A stretch of DNA of 64,000 nt from Abditibacterium sp. (GTDB lineage: Bacteria > Armatimonadota > Abditibacteriia > Abditibacteriales > Abditibacteriaceae): positions 3,808,001 to 3,872,000 of the forward strand of contig CBDASK010000003.1 in the NCBI GenBank assembly GCA_965199495.1. The letters are read 5' to 3'. A program made the translations under genes and the position numbers. Positions 9,932 through 18,598 of the stretch are shown here, piece after piece. Under the pieces are notes generated by a model, which was not told the DNA's origin, did not search any database, and was given only the letters and a program-made list of their open reading frames with translations. The first letter of the stretch is position 1, and each line of letters begins with the position of its first letter.

Positions 9932-10612
9932 ATGTCACGCAACCCACCACAAAAGAACCCTTCGCCCTCCCTCAATCCGACGAGGGCGAACCCCCGGCGC
10001 AAAGGCAAAAAGTCCCGCGCGCAGAACAGGCAGGACGAGCCAGTCGTTTCTGTCATCCAAGAGAACAACCCACAACACGCCAGCAGTTTGCCCGGCGTTT
10101 TGGTTCTCAACGGCAATTTTGAGCCGCTCAACATCTGCTCGGTCGCACGCGGCATGACGCTTTTGTTTCTGGGCAAAGCCGAAGTGCTGCGTTACAGCGA
10201 GGCGCGCGTGCGCTCGGCGGAAGATTCGTTCCAAATCCCGTCGGTTTTGCGCTTGCACGAAGTCGTGCGGCGTCCGTTGCCCGAACTGAAAATTTCGCGC
10301 AAATCGGTGTTGGCGCGCGATAGCTACACCTGCGTTTATTGCGGTTCGCGCGAGACGCTGACGATTGACCACGTTTTTCCGCGCCATCGCGGCGGCGAAA
10401 ATACGTGGGAGAACGTGGTTTGTTCGTGTCTGCGCTGCAACAACAAAAAGGGCAATCGCACGCCGCAGGAATGCGGATTGCGTTTGCCGCATCCGCCGCG
10501 CAAGCCGCGTTACATTCCTTATATTTCGTTTCCGCGCTTTGTCAGCGCCGTCAAGCGCCCCGAATGGCGCGAGTTTCTGGTCGGTTTTGGCAAAGGTTTG
10601 GATTTGGATTGA
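9932..10612 (+). CDS. HNH endonuclease (McrA-like, stand-alone)
   Basis: VLVLNxxxEPL, RDSYTCVYCG, TIDHVFPR..GG..WENVVCSCLRCNNKK. Confidence 0.9.
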   Translation: MSRNPPQKNPSPSLNPTRANPRRKGKKSRAQNRQDEPVVSVIQENNPQHASSLPGVLVLNGNFEPLNICSVARGMTLLFLGKAEVLRYSEARVRSAEDSFQIPSVLRLHEVVRRPLPELKISRKSVLARDSYTCVYCGSRETLTIDHVFPRHRGGENTWENVVCSCLRCNNKKGNRTPQECGLRLPHPPRKPRYIPYISFPRFVSAVKRPEWREFLVGFGKGLDLD

Positions 10613-10636
10613 GGCGCGCGATGCAGCCACAGCGCC

Positions 10637-10727
10637 ACCAAAGAACCCCGCGACCCAAATGTCGCGGGGTTCTTTGGTTTTGCATTTCTTCGCCGCTCTA
10701 AAACCCGCGAAGAAATGCAAAACCAAA
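10637..10727. terminator. Two overlapping hairpins between convergent genes (likely bidirectional terminator)
   Basis: ACCAAAGAACCCCGCGAC/GTCGCGGGGTTCTTTGGT (10637-10678) and TTTGGTTTTGCATTTCTTCGC/GCGAAGAAATGCAAAACCAAA (10673-10727). Confidence 0.7.
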
Positions 10728-10741
10728 TTTCAGGTATTAAA

Positions 10742-11713
10742 TTAACTCGTCGTCGCACGTTTTAATCTGTCGCGCACGGCTTCCCAACTGGGAATACTGG
10801 GCACTTCCTCAACGAGAATGAGTTCGACGCCTACTTCGTCGAGTTCGTGCAGCGCCGCGTAAAGTGCGCGACCATAACTGGCGGGATCGTGAGGCATCAC
10901 GATTTCTTGCGCGTTGAGTGTTGTTGGCTCCAGCGAAATTACGCCGAGTTTTTTGCCGTCGCCCAGCATGACGGCGTGGAAATGGGCGTCGGTCAAATGC
11001 GAAAATAAACGCACGGCGGCGCGTGGCGCGTAGTGACGCGCCATCTGGCCGGGCGAAGTGCGCGGCGTTTGGTCGTCGGCGCTCGATTGATTGGGCGCCA
11101 GAACTTCGCCGAGTATCGGTTGCAGTTCGCGCGCGCCCAAAGCGCCGGGCCGCAGGATTTGCGGAATTGTTCCGCTCAAATCCAAAACCGTGGATTCCAA
11201 CCCGATTTCGCACGGCCCGCCATCGAGGATCCAAATCGCTTCGCCCAGCGAAGCGGCGACGTGGCTGGCTCGCGTGGGCGAAACCTGCTGCGAACGATTG
11301 GCCGACGGCGCCGCCAACGCCAAACCGGATTGGCGCAACAATTCCAACGCGACCGGATGGGCGGGCACGCGAACAGCCACCGTCGGCAAACCGGCGCTGA
11401 CTGCCTCGCAAACCACGCCACGCGACGGCAAAACGAGCGTGAGCGGCCCCGGCCAAAACTGCTCGGCCAACCTCTGCGCGCGCTCGTTCCATTCGACGAT
11501 GCGCTTTGCGCCTTCGACATCGGCGATATGAACGATGAGCGGGTTGAAAGCGGGGCGTCCTTTGCGCGCATAAATCTTGGTGACAGCTTCGGCGTTCGTG
11601 GCATCGGCGCCCAGGCCGTAAACCGTTTCGGTGGGGAAAGCCACCAATTCGCCCGCTTGCAAACGCTTTGCGGCCTCTTCGATATGTGCGGAAGTTGCGG
11701 GGAAAATGGGCAT
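10742..11713 (-). CDS. sua5: L-threonylcarbamoyladenylate synthase, Sua5 type
   Basis: VAFPTETVYGLG, KGRPxxNPLIVH, FWPGPLT, PSANRS, SPGQMARHYAP, C-terminal SUA5 domain (AVRDRL). Confidence 0.95.
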   Translation of the reverse strand: MPIFPATSAHIEEAAKRLQAGELVAFPTETVYGLGADATNAEAVTKIYARKGRPAFNPLIVHIADVEGAKRIVEWNERAQRLAEQFWPGPLTLVLPSRGVVCEAVSAGLPTVAVRVPAHPVALELLRQSGLALAAPSANRSQQVSPTRASHVAASLGEAIWILDGGPCEIGLESTVLDLSGTIPQILRPGALGARELQPILGEVLAPNQSSADDQTPRTSPGQMARHYAPRAAVRLFSHLTDAHFHAVMLGDGKKLGVISLEPTTLNAQEIVMPHDPASYGRALYAALHELDEVGVELILVEEVPSIPSWEAVRDRLKRATTS

Positions 11714-11766
11714 TTCTAAACGGGAACAGTCGAACGCCAGAAGCTCCGCGTTCGTCGGATTTAAAT

Positions 11767-12138
11767 ATGAATTCCAAACTTTTGCTGGCCAGCGCGTTGG
11801 GCGCGATTACACCCATCGTTGCCCTCGCGGCGCCCGCGACTTCGGTGCAAAAAATCCATACGGTTTACGATCACTCGGCGCGCGGCGACGCCTATTTTAA
11901 CAAGCGATTGCGCGTCGAAATGCGCCAGATGGGCTTGCGTTTCGTCGGCGACCGCAAAAAGGCGGATGTGATTTTGGATTCGTGGGGCGAAGGCAAAGAC
12001 GGCGGATTTCGCGCCAACATGACGCTGCGCGACCGCGCCGGACGCATTGTGTGGCGCGAAAGCGTTACTCGACCCAAAAAGTCGCGCGTTATGGCCTTTG
12101 AACGTTTGGGCGACAAGTTGCGAGCGGCGCGGAAATAA
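11767..12138 (+). CDS. Hypothetical secreted protein
   Basis: Signal-peptide-like N-terminus MNSKLLLASALGAITPIVALAA; host-like codon usage. Confidence 0.65.
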   Translation: MNSKLLLASALGAITPIVALAAPATSVQKIHTVYDHSARGDAYFNKRLRVEMRQMGLRFVGDRKKADVILDSWGEGKDGGFRANMTLRDRAGRIVWRESVTRPKKSRVMAFERLGDKLRAARK

Positions 12139-12222
12139 GGAACAAGTGGCAGGGGACAAGGGACAAGAAAATACGGCGTCTGCGTTCTCCACCTGTTCCC
12201 TGTTCCTTGCCACTTGTTCCCT
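12138..12222. repeat. Inverted element with heptamer-tandem arms, copy B
   Basis: AGGAACA AGTGGCA GGGGACA AGGGACA ... TGTTCCC TGTTCCT TGCCACT TGTTCCCT. Confidence 0.85.
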
Positions 12223-12224
12223 GG

Positions 12225-12854
12225 TTAGGCTTCCATTGCGTCAATCCACGCGCGCGCGATGAGCGCGTGACCGGCGGGCGTGGGATGAACGCCATCGTGC
12301 GCCCAGAACGCCGGTTCGCGTTTGGCCGAAGCCGCCGCGAAGATGCCGTCGAGCGGAACCAAAGTCGCCTCGAACTCGCGCGCCAAATCGCGCACAATGT
12401 CAATTTTCGGATTCAAATCTTCGCGCCACGCGCGGCGGTCATCGGGCACAGGCAACAGAAACGGCTCCAGCAAAACCAGACGCGCGCCGTCTTTGGCGAT
12501 TTTCTTCAAAACGTTGCGGTAAGACGCGGCGAACTTATCGTGTTCCGATACGACGCCCGAATCGTAGCGGCGCCACACATCGTTGATGCCGATCAAAATC
12601 GAAACGATGTCGGGTTCTTCGTCCAAAACGTCGGCTTTGAGACGTTTTTCCAAATCGTAAATGCGGTTGCCGCCGATGCCTTTGTTGGTGAAAACCAGTT
12701 CGTCGGCGGGGTCTTGCGCGCTCAGGTAAGCGGCAATTTGAAAGGCGTAACCGACGCCCCAACCGTTGGGATCGCCCGCGTTGGCGTCGCGGTTGCGGCC
12801 CGCATCGGTGATGGAGTCGCCGAAAAATAAAATGTGGTCTTGCGGTTCAATCAT
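12225..12854 (-). CDS. SGNH/GDSL hydrolase
   Basis: FFGDSITD, NKGIGG, IGIND, DGVHP. Confidence 0.92.
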   Translation of the reverse strand: MIEPQDHILFFGDSITDAGRNRDANAGDPNGWGVGYAFQIAAYLSAQDPADELVFTNKGIGGNRIYDLEKRLKADVLDEEPDIVSILIGINDVWRRYDSGVVSEHDKFAASYRNVLKKIAKDGARLVLLEPFLLPVPDDRRAWREDLNPKIDIVRDLAREFEATLVPLDGIFAAASAKREPAFWAHDGVHPTPAGHALIARAWIDAMEA

Positions 12855-12893
12855 GCCCTAAGATTTTAGCTGATTTAAACGGATGCGGGCGCT

Positions 12894-13565
12894 TTACTTT
12901 TCGCCCAATCGCAAGCGATTGACAAACAGATGCGCGCGCCGCGTCGGTTCGGGAATGCGATAGCCGCCATCGCACAGCAGCATCATATCGAGCGCGCTCT
13001 CCAAATCTATCTTGTTTCCGGGCGAAACATAAACCGGTTTGACGCGATTTTTGGTGCGCAACGCCGCGCCAATGGTCTGGTTTTTATAGACGATGGGCGA
13101 TGTCGAGCCGCGCGTTTCGCCCGGCGTTTCGTAGTGACCGCACAACAAAGTTTTGGCGCAACCGATGGTCGGAATATCGAGCCACAAACCCAGATGGCAA
13201 GCCACGCCAAAACCGCGCGGATGCGCCGTGCCCTGACCGTCGGTGACCAATAAATCGGGTTTGTTTTCCAATTTTTCCCAGACTTCTAAAATGGCGGGCG
13301 ATTCGCGAAACGACAGCAAGCCGGGCACATAGGGAAAGGGCGCCGTCGTTTGCAATCCGCGCTCTTCGACGATTTGTAAATCGGGTAAACGCAGCACAAC
13401 AATTCCGGCGTAAACAGTGTCAGAACCTTTGTCGAAAGACAAGTCGGCTCCGGCGATGAGGCGCGGTGGCTGGGAGAGCGGCTGCAACTGAATTTGCGAT
13501 TTCAGTTCTTTTTGCAGTTGGACGGCGTCGGTGGGCCGCAAATCCCACGAGTGAAGTTGGCGCAT
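12894..13565 (-). CDS. nfi: Endonuclease V (deoxyribonuclease V)
   Basis: IAGAD, FPYVPGLLSFRE, DGQGTAHPRGFG, PTIGCAK, YRIPEPTRRAH. Confidence 0.96.
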   Translation of the reverse strand: MRQLHSWDLRPTDAVQLQKELKSQIQLQPLSQPPRLIAGADLSFDKGSDTVYAGIVVLRLPDLQIVEERGLQTTAPFPYVPGLLSFRESPAILEVWEKLENKPDLLVTDGQGTAHPRGFGVACHLGLWLDIPTIGCAKTLLCGHYETPGETRGSTSPIVYKNQTIGAALRTKNRVKPVYVSPGNKIDLESALDMMLLCDGGYRIPEPTRRAHLFVNRLRLGEK

Positions 13566-13669
13566 GAAATTTCGGTAGTCGCGAATGTCGGGCCAAAAGT
13601 GATAAAATAAATTGTAGTTATCGCCGGTGTCGAATCGGCAAGTTGAAGAATAAATCCATTCAAAACATC

Positions 13670-14983
13670 ATGAAAATCTTCGTTGCTGGCGCGCTTTTGT
13701 GCGCTTTATCCGCGCCGGTCTGGGCGCAAGAGATGCCTCCGGCGGCCAAACCCGATGCGAACACGCCCGAAACGGTTGAACCTCAGGCGGGCGCTCCGAT
13801 GACAGCCACGCCGCAGGCCAACAAAAAAGCGGCGCCGACGATTGGCGCGGGCGAACTGCGCTTGGACGGCAAAATCAAGGCGATGCTCAATCCGGGCGAA
13901 TGGCAGATGGAAGCGATTTCGTGGACTTCGCCGCGCGAGGTGATGACGGAGTTTTCCGATCCGAAATCGAAGACGATTAAAATCGGCGCCGACGCCTACA
14001 TTCATCCGGTCGGCGAAACCGATAAGGTCGCGATCAGAGACGTGAAGTTGGGCACGCGCATCGCGGTCATCGGCAAAAACGCCGCCGATGGTTCATTGAG
14101 CGCGCGCGAAATCATTTTGCTCGAAGGCTACGGTTCGCGCAAAACCGTCGGCACGCTTTCGAGCAATCCGTTCACATCGGCCTTGGTGCGCCAGAGCCGC
14201 AAGGCGCGCGAAGACGGCAACTTGCCCCAGGCGTTGAAGCTGATCGAAAGCGCGGTCACCGCCGCGCAGGGCATCAACGATTTAAGCGGCGAAGGCTTGG
14301 CAACGCAGGACAAAACTCTGCTGCTGATGGATTTGGGCGAAGTCGAGGCGGCGGGCAAAAGCGCCGAGCGCGTCGAGGCGATTGGCCGCAGCCTGAGCAA
14401 CTCGCTTTTGATCGCGATGGGCATGAACACGCGCGGGCGCGTATTGGCCGAGACCGGCGAACTCGATAAAGCGATTCAAGTTTTTGAAGCCGCCGATCCG
14501 ATCAGCGCGAGCAGCGAACCGGAAATTCAACTTTCGACGCTCAGTGGTTTGGCGCAGGTTTACGGACAGGCCGAGCGCACCCCGGATTTGGTGGCGACGC
14601 TGCAACGCATTTTTCCGCTCGAAGAATCGCTGCGCCAACCCGACGATGCGACCGGCACCTTGCTTTCGCTGGCGCGCACGCTGGCGCCGACCGACGCGAC
14701 CAAAGCGAAAGAATACTTGACGCAAGCCACGCCGCGCATTGATGACGCGAAAGACGAAAAGAAGCGCGCCGCCCTACGCAGTTCGTCGGCGCGGGCCAAA
14801 TATGCGCTGGGTGACAAAGACGGCGCCAAAGCCGATTTTGAAACGTCGGCCACGCTTTATGATGGCGTGGGCGATACCAAAAGCGCCGCCACCGCGCGCG
14901 CCGCCTTCGCGAAAATGGAGGCCAAAGGTGCGGCCAAACCCGGTGCGCCTGCGGCTCCCGTTGCGGACGAAACCGGTGAGTAA
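13670..14983 (+). CDS. Secreted TPR-like helical-repeat protein with N-terminal beta domain
   Basis: Signal peptide; DVKLGTRIAVIG..DGSLSAREI (DUF5666-like pattern); C-terminal TPR-like repeats. Confidence 0.7.
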   Translation: MKIFVAGALLCALSAPVWAQEMPPAAKPDANTPETVEPQAGAPMTATPQANKKAAPTIGAGELRLDGKIKAMLNPGEWQMEAISWTSPREVMTEFSDPKSKTIKIGADAYIHPVGETDKVAIRDVKLGTRIAVIGKNAADGSLSAREIILLEGYGSRKTVGTLSSNPFTSALVRQSRKAREDGNLPQALKLIESAVTAAQGINDLSGEGLATQDKTLLLMDLGEVEAAGKSAERVEAIGRSLSNSLLIAMGMNTRGRVLAETGELDKAIQVFEAADPISASSEPEIQLSTLSGLAQVYGQAERTPDLVATLQRIFPLEESLRQPDDATGTLLSLARTLAPTDATKAKEYLTQATPRIDDAKDEKKRAALRSSSARAKYALGDKDGAKADFETSATLYDGVGDTKSAATARAAFAKMEAKGAAKPGAPAAPVADETGE

Positions 14984-14992
14984 TTAGCGAGG

Positions 14993-15040
14993 ACAAACCA
15001 AAAGAGCGCGCCATTTTTATGGCGCGCTCTTTTGGTTTGT
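14993..15040. terminator. Bidirectional intrinsic terminator
   Basis: ACAAACCAAAAGAGCGCGCCAT-TTTT-ATGGCGCGCTCTTTTGGTTTGT between convergent genes. Confidence 0.85.
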
Positions 15041-15043
15041 TCG

Positions 15044-15496
15044 CTAACTCGTTACTTCTTCGACTTCCTGACGCTGGCGGTCGAGCGTGCCCGCCAGATA
15101 AAGTCCGACGATAAACAGCGTGAAGTTGAGCATCACGCCCCATTTCTCTTCGAGCGGCCAGCGACCGTGCGGCAACTGGCCGTTGTGCGTGGGGATTTTC
15201 TTCGAGGGCATCGGCTCGAAGCGCGCCGGATCACGGCGCAGTTCGGCGGGAATGTGCTCGAAGTCGGGGCAAACCGCGCCCAGCGCGCCCCAGAATTGGC
15301 CGCTTTTCCAACCGTGCAAACGCCCGACCTGTGCCAGAGTGCCAAACACGAGGGGCGCCTCGCCGATGTCCATGTCGAGATGCGGCACAACGTCGCCCAC
15401 GATGTGCGAGCCAAAGCCCAAAACAAACGCCAGCGCCGGATTCTTGGCGTAACGCCCGATGGCCGCGCCGAGGGCGGCATGAACAAATCCAGTCAT
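15044..15496 (-). CDS. Hypothetical membrane protein, metal-dependent-hydrolase-like
   Basis: HAALGAAIG, SHIVGDVVPH, GAVCPD His/Asp motifs set in hydrophobic helices. Confidence 0.65.
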   Translation of the reverse strand: MTGFVHAALGAAIGRYAKNPALAFVLGFGSHIVGDVVPHLDMDIGEAPLVFGTLAQVGRLHGWKSGQFWGALGAVCPDFEHIPAELRRDPARFEPMPSKKIPTHNGQLPHGRWPLEEKWGVMLNFTLFIVGLYLAGTLDRQRQEVEEVTS

Positions 15497-15565
15497 ATTT
15501 TTTTATCAGGGAACAGTTTTCGAGAATCAGGGGCGACATACAACTGCAATGCCCCTGCTGAAAAC

Positions 15566-16696
15566 TTAGCGAAACAGTTCGGGCGCGAGGGCGCGGTAGG
15601 CGTAATAGACCTTCCAGACGTAACGCTGTGTGGTGGCTTTGGGCACCTTCATGCCCGCGCGATTGACGGCGCCGACACCCGCGTGATAAGCAGCCACGGC
15701 GAGCAGAGTGCCGTCTTTTTGCTGCGAGTAAGTATTGAGATTCTGGCGCAAAAGTTTGGCCGAGCCGAGCAAATTATCGGTTGGATCCCAAGCGTTTCGC
15801 ACGCCCAACGGTTTGAGATTAAACGGCATGAGTTGGCCCAAACCCATCGCGCCCGACGACGACAGGCACGACGGATCGAAATCGCTTTCGACTTGGACGA
15901 CGGCGCACAAAAAGCGCGGATCGAGATTATGCGTTCGCGCCGCGTTCAAAATCGCGCCCGCGATTTCATCGGCGCGCTCGTCGGATAATTTCGGATTATC
16001 GCGCCGAATGAACGTTTTATAATTGGCGCGATGTTGATCGGTAAACCCGAAATAAGGATTAGCCGTCGAAGGCGCCATCCTCGCCGTGGCTTGTATCTGA
16101 GGTGTGGGCAAAGCCTCGTCGGCGTTGTCCAGACCGGGCGCGAGCGGCAACTCCATTTCCTGCCCCAGCAAAATCGCGTCGGGCGCGGGCGCGCTCACCG
16201 AAGGCGGCGCGATGGCGATTCCATCGTCGTCCTCTTTTTTGAGCAAAGCCAACGGCTCGGCGCGGTCGGTGAGATTAGTCAACGACAAAGTCGGCTCGCC
16301 ATTGCTGATGCTTTCGACACGGCACAGCGCTCGCACAAAAGTCCCGCCTTTGAGGAGAGGATTGCCGCGCATTTCATCGGACGATTCGACGACTAATGTG
16401 CCGTCGGGTTGTTGCAACATCACCGAAAACCCACTTGCGCGCGAAAAAGTGCCCTTCACCACTCCGCGCAATTCGACGATGCGCCCGACATAGATTTTGC
16501 TCTGATCGCGCAGTTCGGCCTCGCTATCGAAGCGCGGCGCGCGCGCCTTAGCCTTTTGCAATTCGTAATCGTCGCCCGCCATCTGTGTCGCCGTGACGCG
16601 TTCGTTCATAGTGGGCGCCGATGCGCCTTGCGCGTAAACGGGCAAAGTCGAAGCGGGCAGGGCGCACAGCAGAGCGGCAAAAGCGATGTTTTTCAT
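15566..16696 (-). CDS. Lytic transglycosylase (SLT domain), secreted
   Basis: AVVQVESDF, SSSGAMGLGQLMP, AAYHAG; signal peptide from the ATG at 16696. Confidence 0.9.
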   Translation of the reverse strand: MKNIAFAALLCALPASTLPVYAQGASAPTMNERVTATQMAGDDYELQKAKARAPRFDSEAELRDQSKIYVGRIVELRGVVKGTFSRASGFSVMLQQPDGTLVVESSDEMRGNPLLKGGTFVRALCRVESISNGEPTLSLTNLTDRAEPLALLKKEDDDGIAIAPPSVSAPAPDAILLGQEMELPLAPGLDNADEALPTPQIQATARMAPSTANPYFGFTDQHRANYKTFIRRDNPKLSDERADEIAGAILNAARTHNLDPRFLCAVVQVESDFDPSCLSSSGAMGLGQLMPFNLKPLGVRNAWDPTDNLLGSAKLLRQNLNTYSQQKDGTLLAVAAYHAGVGAVNRAGMKVPKATTQRYVWKVYYAYRALAPELFR

Positions 16697-17021
16697 AGGA
16701 GATTTGGCGAAGTTTAGCAATATCTGCGTGAAATCGCTGTTGCTGAAAAGAGTTGGAGCGCGAGTCGAACGCGTAAACCAACCATTATCATCCCAAAAAT
16801 TCGCTAATTTAACTTTCATCATCGCTTGAGGCAGGCGATGTGGCTACCTCACGGCGCGACTAAGAACGGAAAACCTAATGCGGTCATGCCATCCGATTTC
16901 AGAGCGAATCCGTCAAAGTATCCACAATCCCGATGGAGTGTGAAAATATGCCAACGCGCGGCGTGGAACAGCTATTTAGTGGAAGTTATAATTTTCGATG
17001 ACAATAATTTTCCCGATCATC

Positions 17022-17897
17022 ATGCCCCGTTCCTATTTACTGAGCTTACTGATGCTCTTCATTTGTGCGCCGCTTGCGCATGCGCAAGATGGACAAAGAA
17101 TCTCGGTTCCTGTTTTTGAATTTCCGGCGATGCAGGGCACATGGAACAAGCTGACCAACGCTGTTTCGAGCGGTCGCATTTACGATTTCGCGGTTTCTAT
17201 GGACGACCAAGACACGACTTATTTCGTCAAGGAAGCGCGCGTTGTCTTCACCAATCCGGGAGATTTCGATCTGTTCGAGTGTTGGGTCAGCCTTGCCCAG
17301 CGACCGCACGCTGGCCGCACCCGTTTTCTGATCGAGGGCGACGGAGTTTCGCTTTACCGTTCGCAGTGGATGACCTGGCGCGATAAAGCCAAAAAAGTTA
17401 GCGTTTCGGTTAAGGGTTACAAAGGAATCTCTCTGATCGTCGAAGGATATGAGATGAATCAGTATGACATGGCGATCTGGGGTGAGCCTGTTTTGGTGCA
17501 GACCAACCCGCCTAAATTGGTGGAGACGCCCCGTAGTTTTCCGACTTTGCTGACCGTCAAGCAGTCTGATAATGGAGCTATTGGGCTTTCGATTGATGGC
17601 GTGGATATCGCGTTTGGTAACGCCAGGGCCACCAACGAAAATGGTCATTTGCTGGTGCCGATGCGTTCAGTATTCGAGTCTCTGGGTGCCCGTCTGAGTT
17701 ACAATCCGCGTTCTCACCAGATCGTCGCCACGCGCGGCGACCAGATTATTTCGATGGCGGTGGGAACTCGAACCGCATTTATCAATGGTCGCAGAACAGA
17801 TTTAGATGTTGCTTCGCGCTTTGTGTCTGGCGAGACGATGGTTCCTTTACGTTTCGTCGCCGAAGCTTTGGGAGTAGCCGTCGAATACAAAAGGTAA
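17022..17897 (+). CDS. Secreted protein: NPCBM/NEW2-like domain plus copper-amine-oxidase N-terminal (stalk) domain
   Basis: FLIEGDGVSLYRS..VSVKG..ISLIV..AIWGEP; LLVPMRSVFESLGA, TMVPLRFVAEALG; atypical codon usage. Confidence 0.75.
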   Translation: MPRSYLLSLLMLFICAPLAHAQDGQRISVPVFEFPAMQGTWNKLTNAVSSGRIYDFAVSMDDQDTTYFVKEARVVFTNPGDFDLFECWVSLAQRPHAGRTRFLIEGDGVSLYRSQWMTWRDKAKKVSVSVKGYKGISLIVEGYEMNQYDMAIWGEPVLVQTNPPKLVETPRSFPTLLTVKQSDNGAIGLSIDGVDIAFGNARATNENGHLLVPMRSVFESLGARLSYNPRSHQIVATRGDQIISMAVGTRTAFINGRRTDLDVASRFVSGETMVPLRFVAEALGVAVEYKR

Positions 17898-17998
17898 AAA
17901 AACTTACTTCCTATTCTTCGTAGCATACCGTTAATGGGGCGACACAACACCAGACGAACCTCGCGGCGTTTTAACCGTCCGACTTCCCCGGCGCGCGG

Positions 17999-18004
17999 TA
18001 TAAT
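17999..18004 (+). promoter_or_regulatory. Candidate sigma70 -10 box upstream of the secA leader ORF
   Basis: Perfect TATAAT; no convincing -35 seen. Confidence 0.4.
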
Positions 18005-18007
18005 AGA

Positions 18008-18415
18008 ATGCGCGTTTTTCCTTTTATGGCAGTTTTGGGCAATCTTTTACGTTGGCGGCGCGGCGAATCTTTAGTTCTCGCCGCGCTTTTGCTCGCGTGC
18101 CTATTCATGCCCGCTGCCGCACAGGGCGCGGTTTTGCCGCCGCAACAGGCGCACGCGGTTTTGCTGTGGCTACAAGCCGAAATGACGCCCGCCAGTGCGC
18201 CGCGCGTCGAGCAAACCGGCGATTTTCGCGCGTTATCCAATCGCGATAACAGCCCGATTTATATTTGCACCGTGCCCGTGGCTATAGCTACGCCGCCCGT
18301 AGAGGCGCGTTTGGCGGCGTTGCAAATTGAAGCGCGTCCGGTTGCCATATTTACGCTCGAATCGCACGAAGCCGCGTTTTTGACGGGCGTGCGCAATAAT
18401 CGTCGGCGCAATTGA
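18008..18415 (+). CDS. Hypothetical exported protein upstream of secA (candidate leader/monitoring peptide)
   Basis: Basic plus hydrophobic N-terminus ending AAA-QG; 135 aa; same strand as secA. Confidence 0.6.
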   Translation: MRVFPFMAVLGNLLRWRRGESLVLAALLLACLFMPAAAQGAVLPPQQAHAVLLWLQAEMTPASAPRVEQTGDFRALSNRDNSPIYICTVPVAIATPPVEARLAALQIEARPVAIFTLESHEAAFLTGVRNNRRRN

Positions 18416-18551
18416 AAAGCCGCGAAGATGCTCCCACAGAAACACCGACTTGTCGTGTCTAAAAATGGTGGAATTGCTTCAAAACTGCGGCGATTCCACC
18501 GTTTTAGACGCGATGAATCGCCGTCTCTACGGGAGCATCTTCGCGGCTTTT
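18415..18551. repeat. Nested hairpin: terminator-like outer stem enclosing a GTAG-type REP doublet
   Basis: AAAAGCCGCGAAGATGCTCCC/GGGAGCATCTTCGCGGCTTTT outer arms; inner ACACCGACTTGTCGTGTCTAAAA..TTTTAGACGCGATGAATCGCCGTCTCTAC related to 35922-36017. Confidence 0.85.
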
Positions 18552-18598
18552 TTGTTCCTTCACGACCCCCAACTCAATATCTCAAAGATAGATAAATC

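Noticed and set aside
9932..10612. HNH nuclease as a defence, Cas9/IscB or homing system
   Set aside because: Matches the common stand-alone McrA-like HNH family; no RuvC motifs, array, methylase or intron context.
16826..16990. Riboswitch upstream of the lytic transglycosylase
   Set aside because: No c-di-AMP, c-di-GMP or other consensus I could recognise, and no convincing stems.
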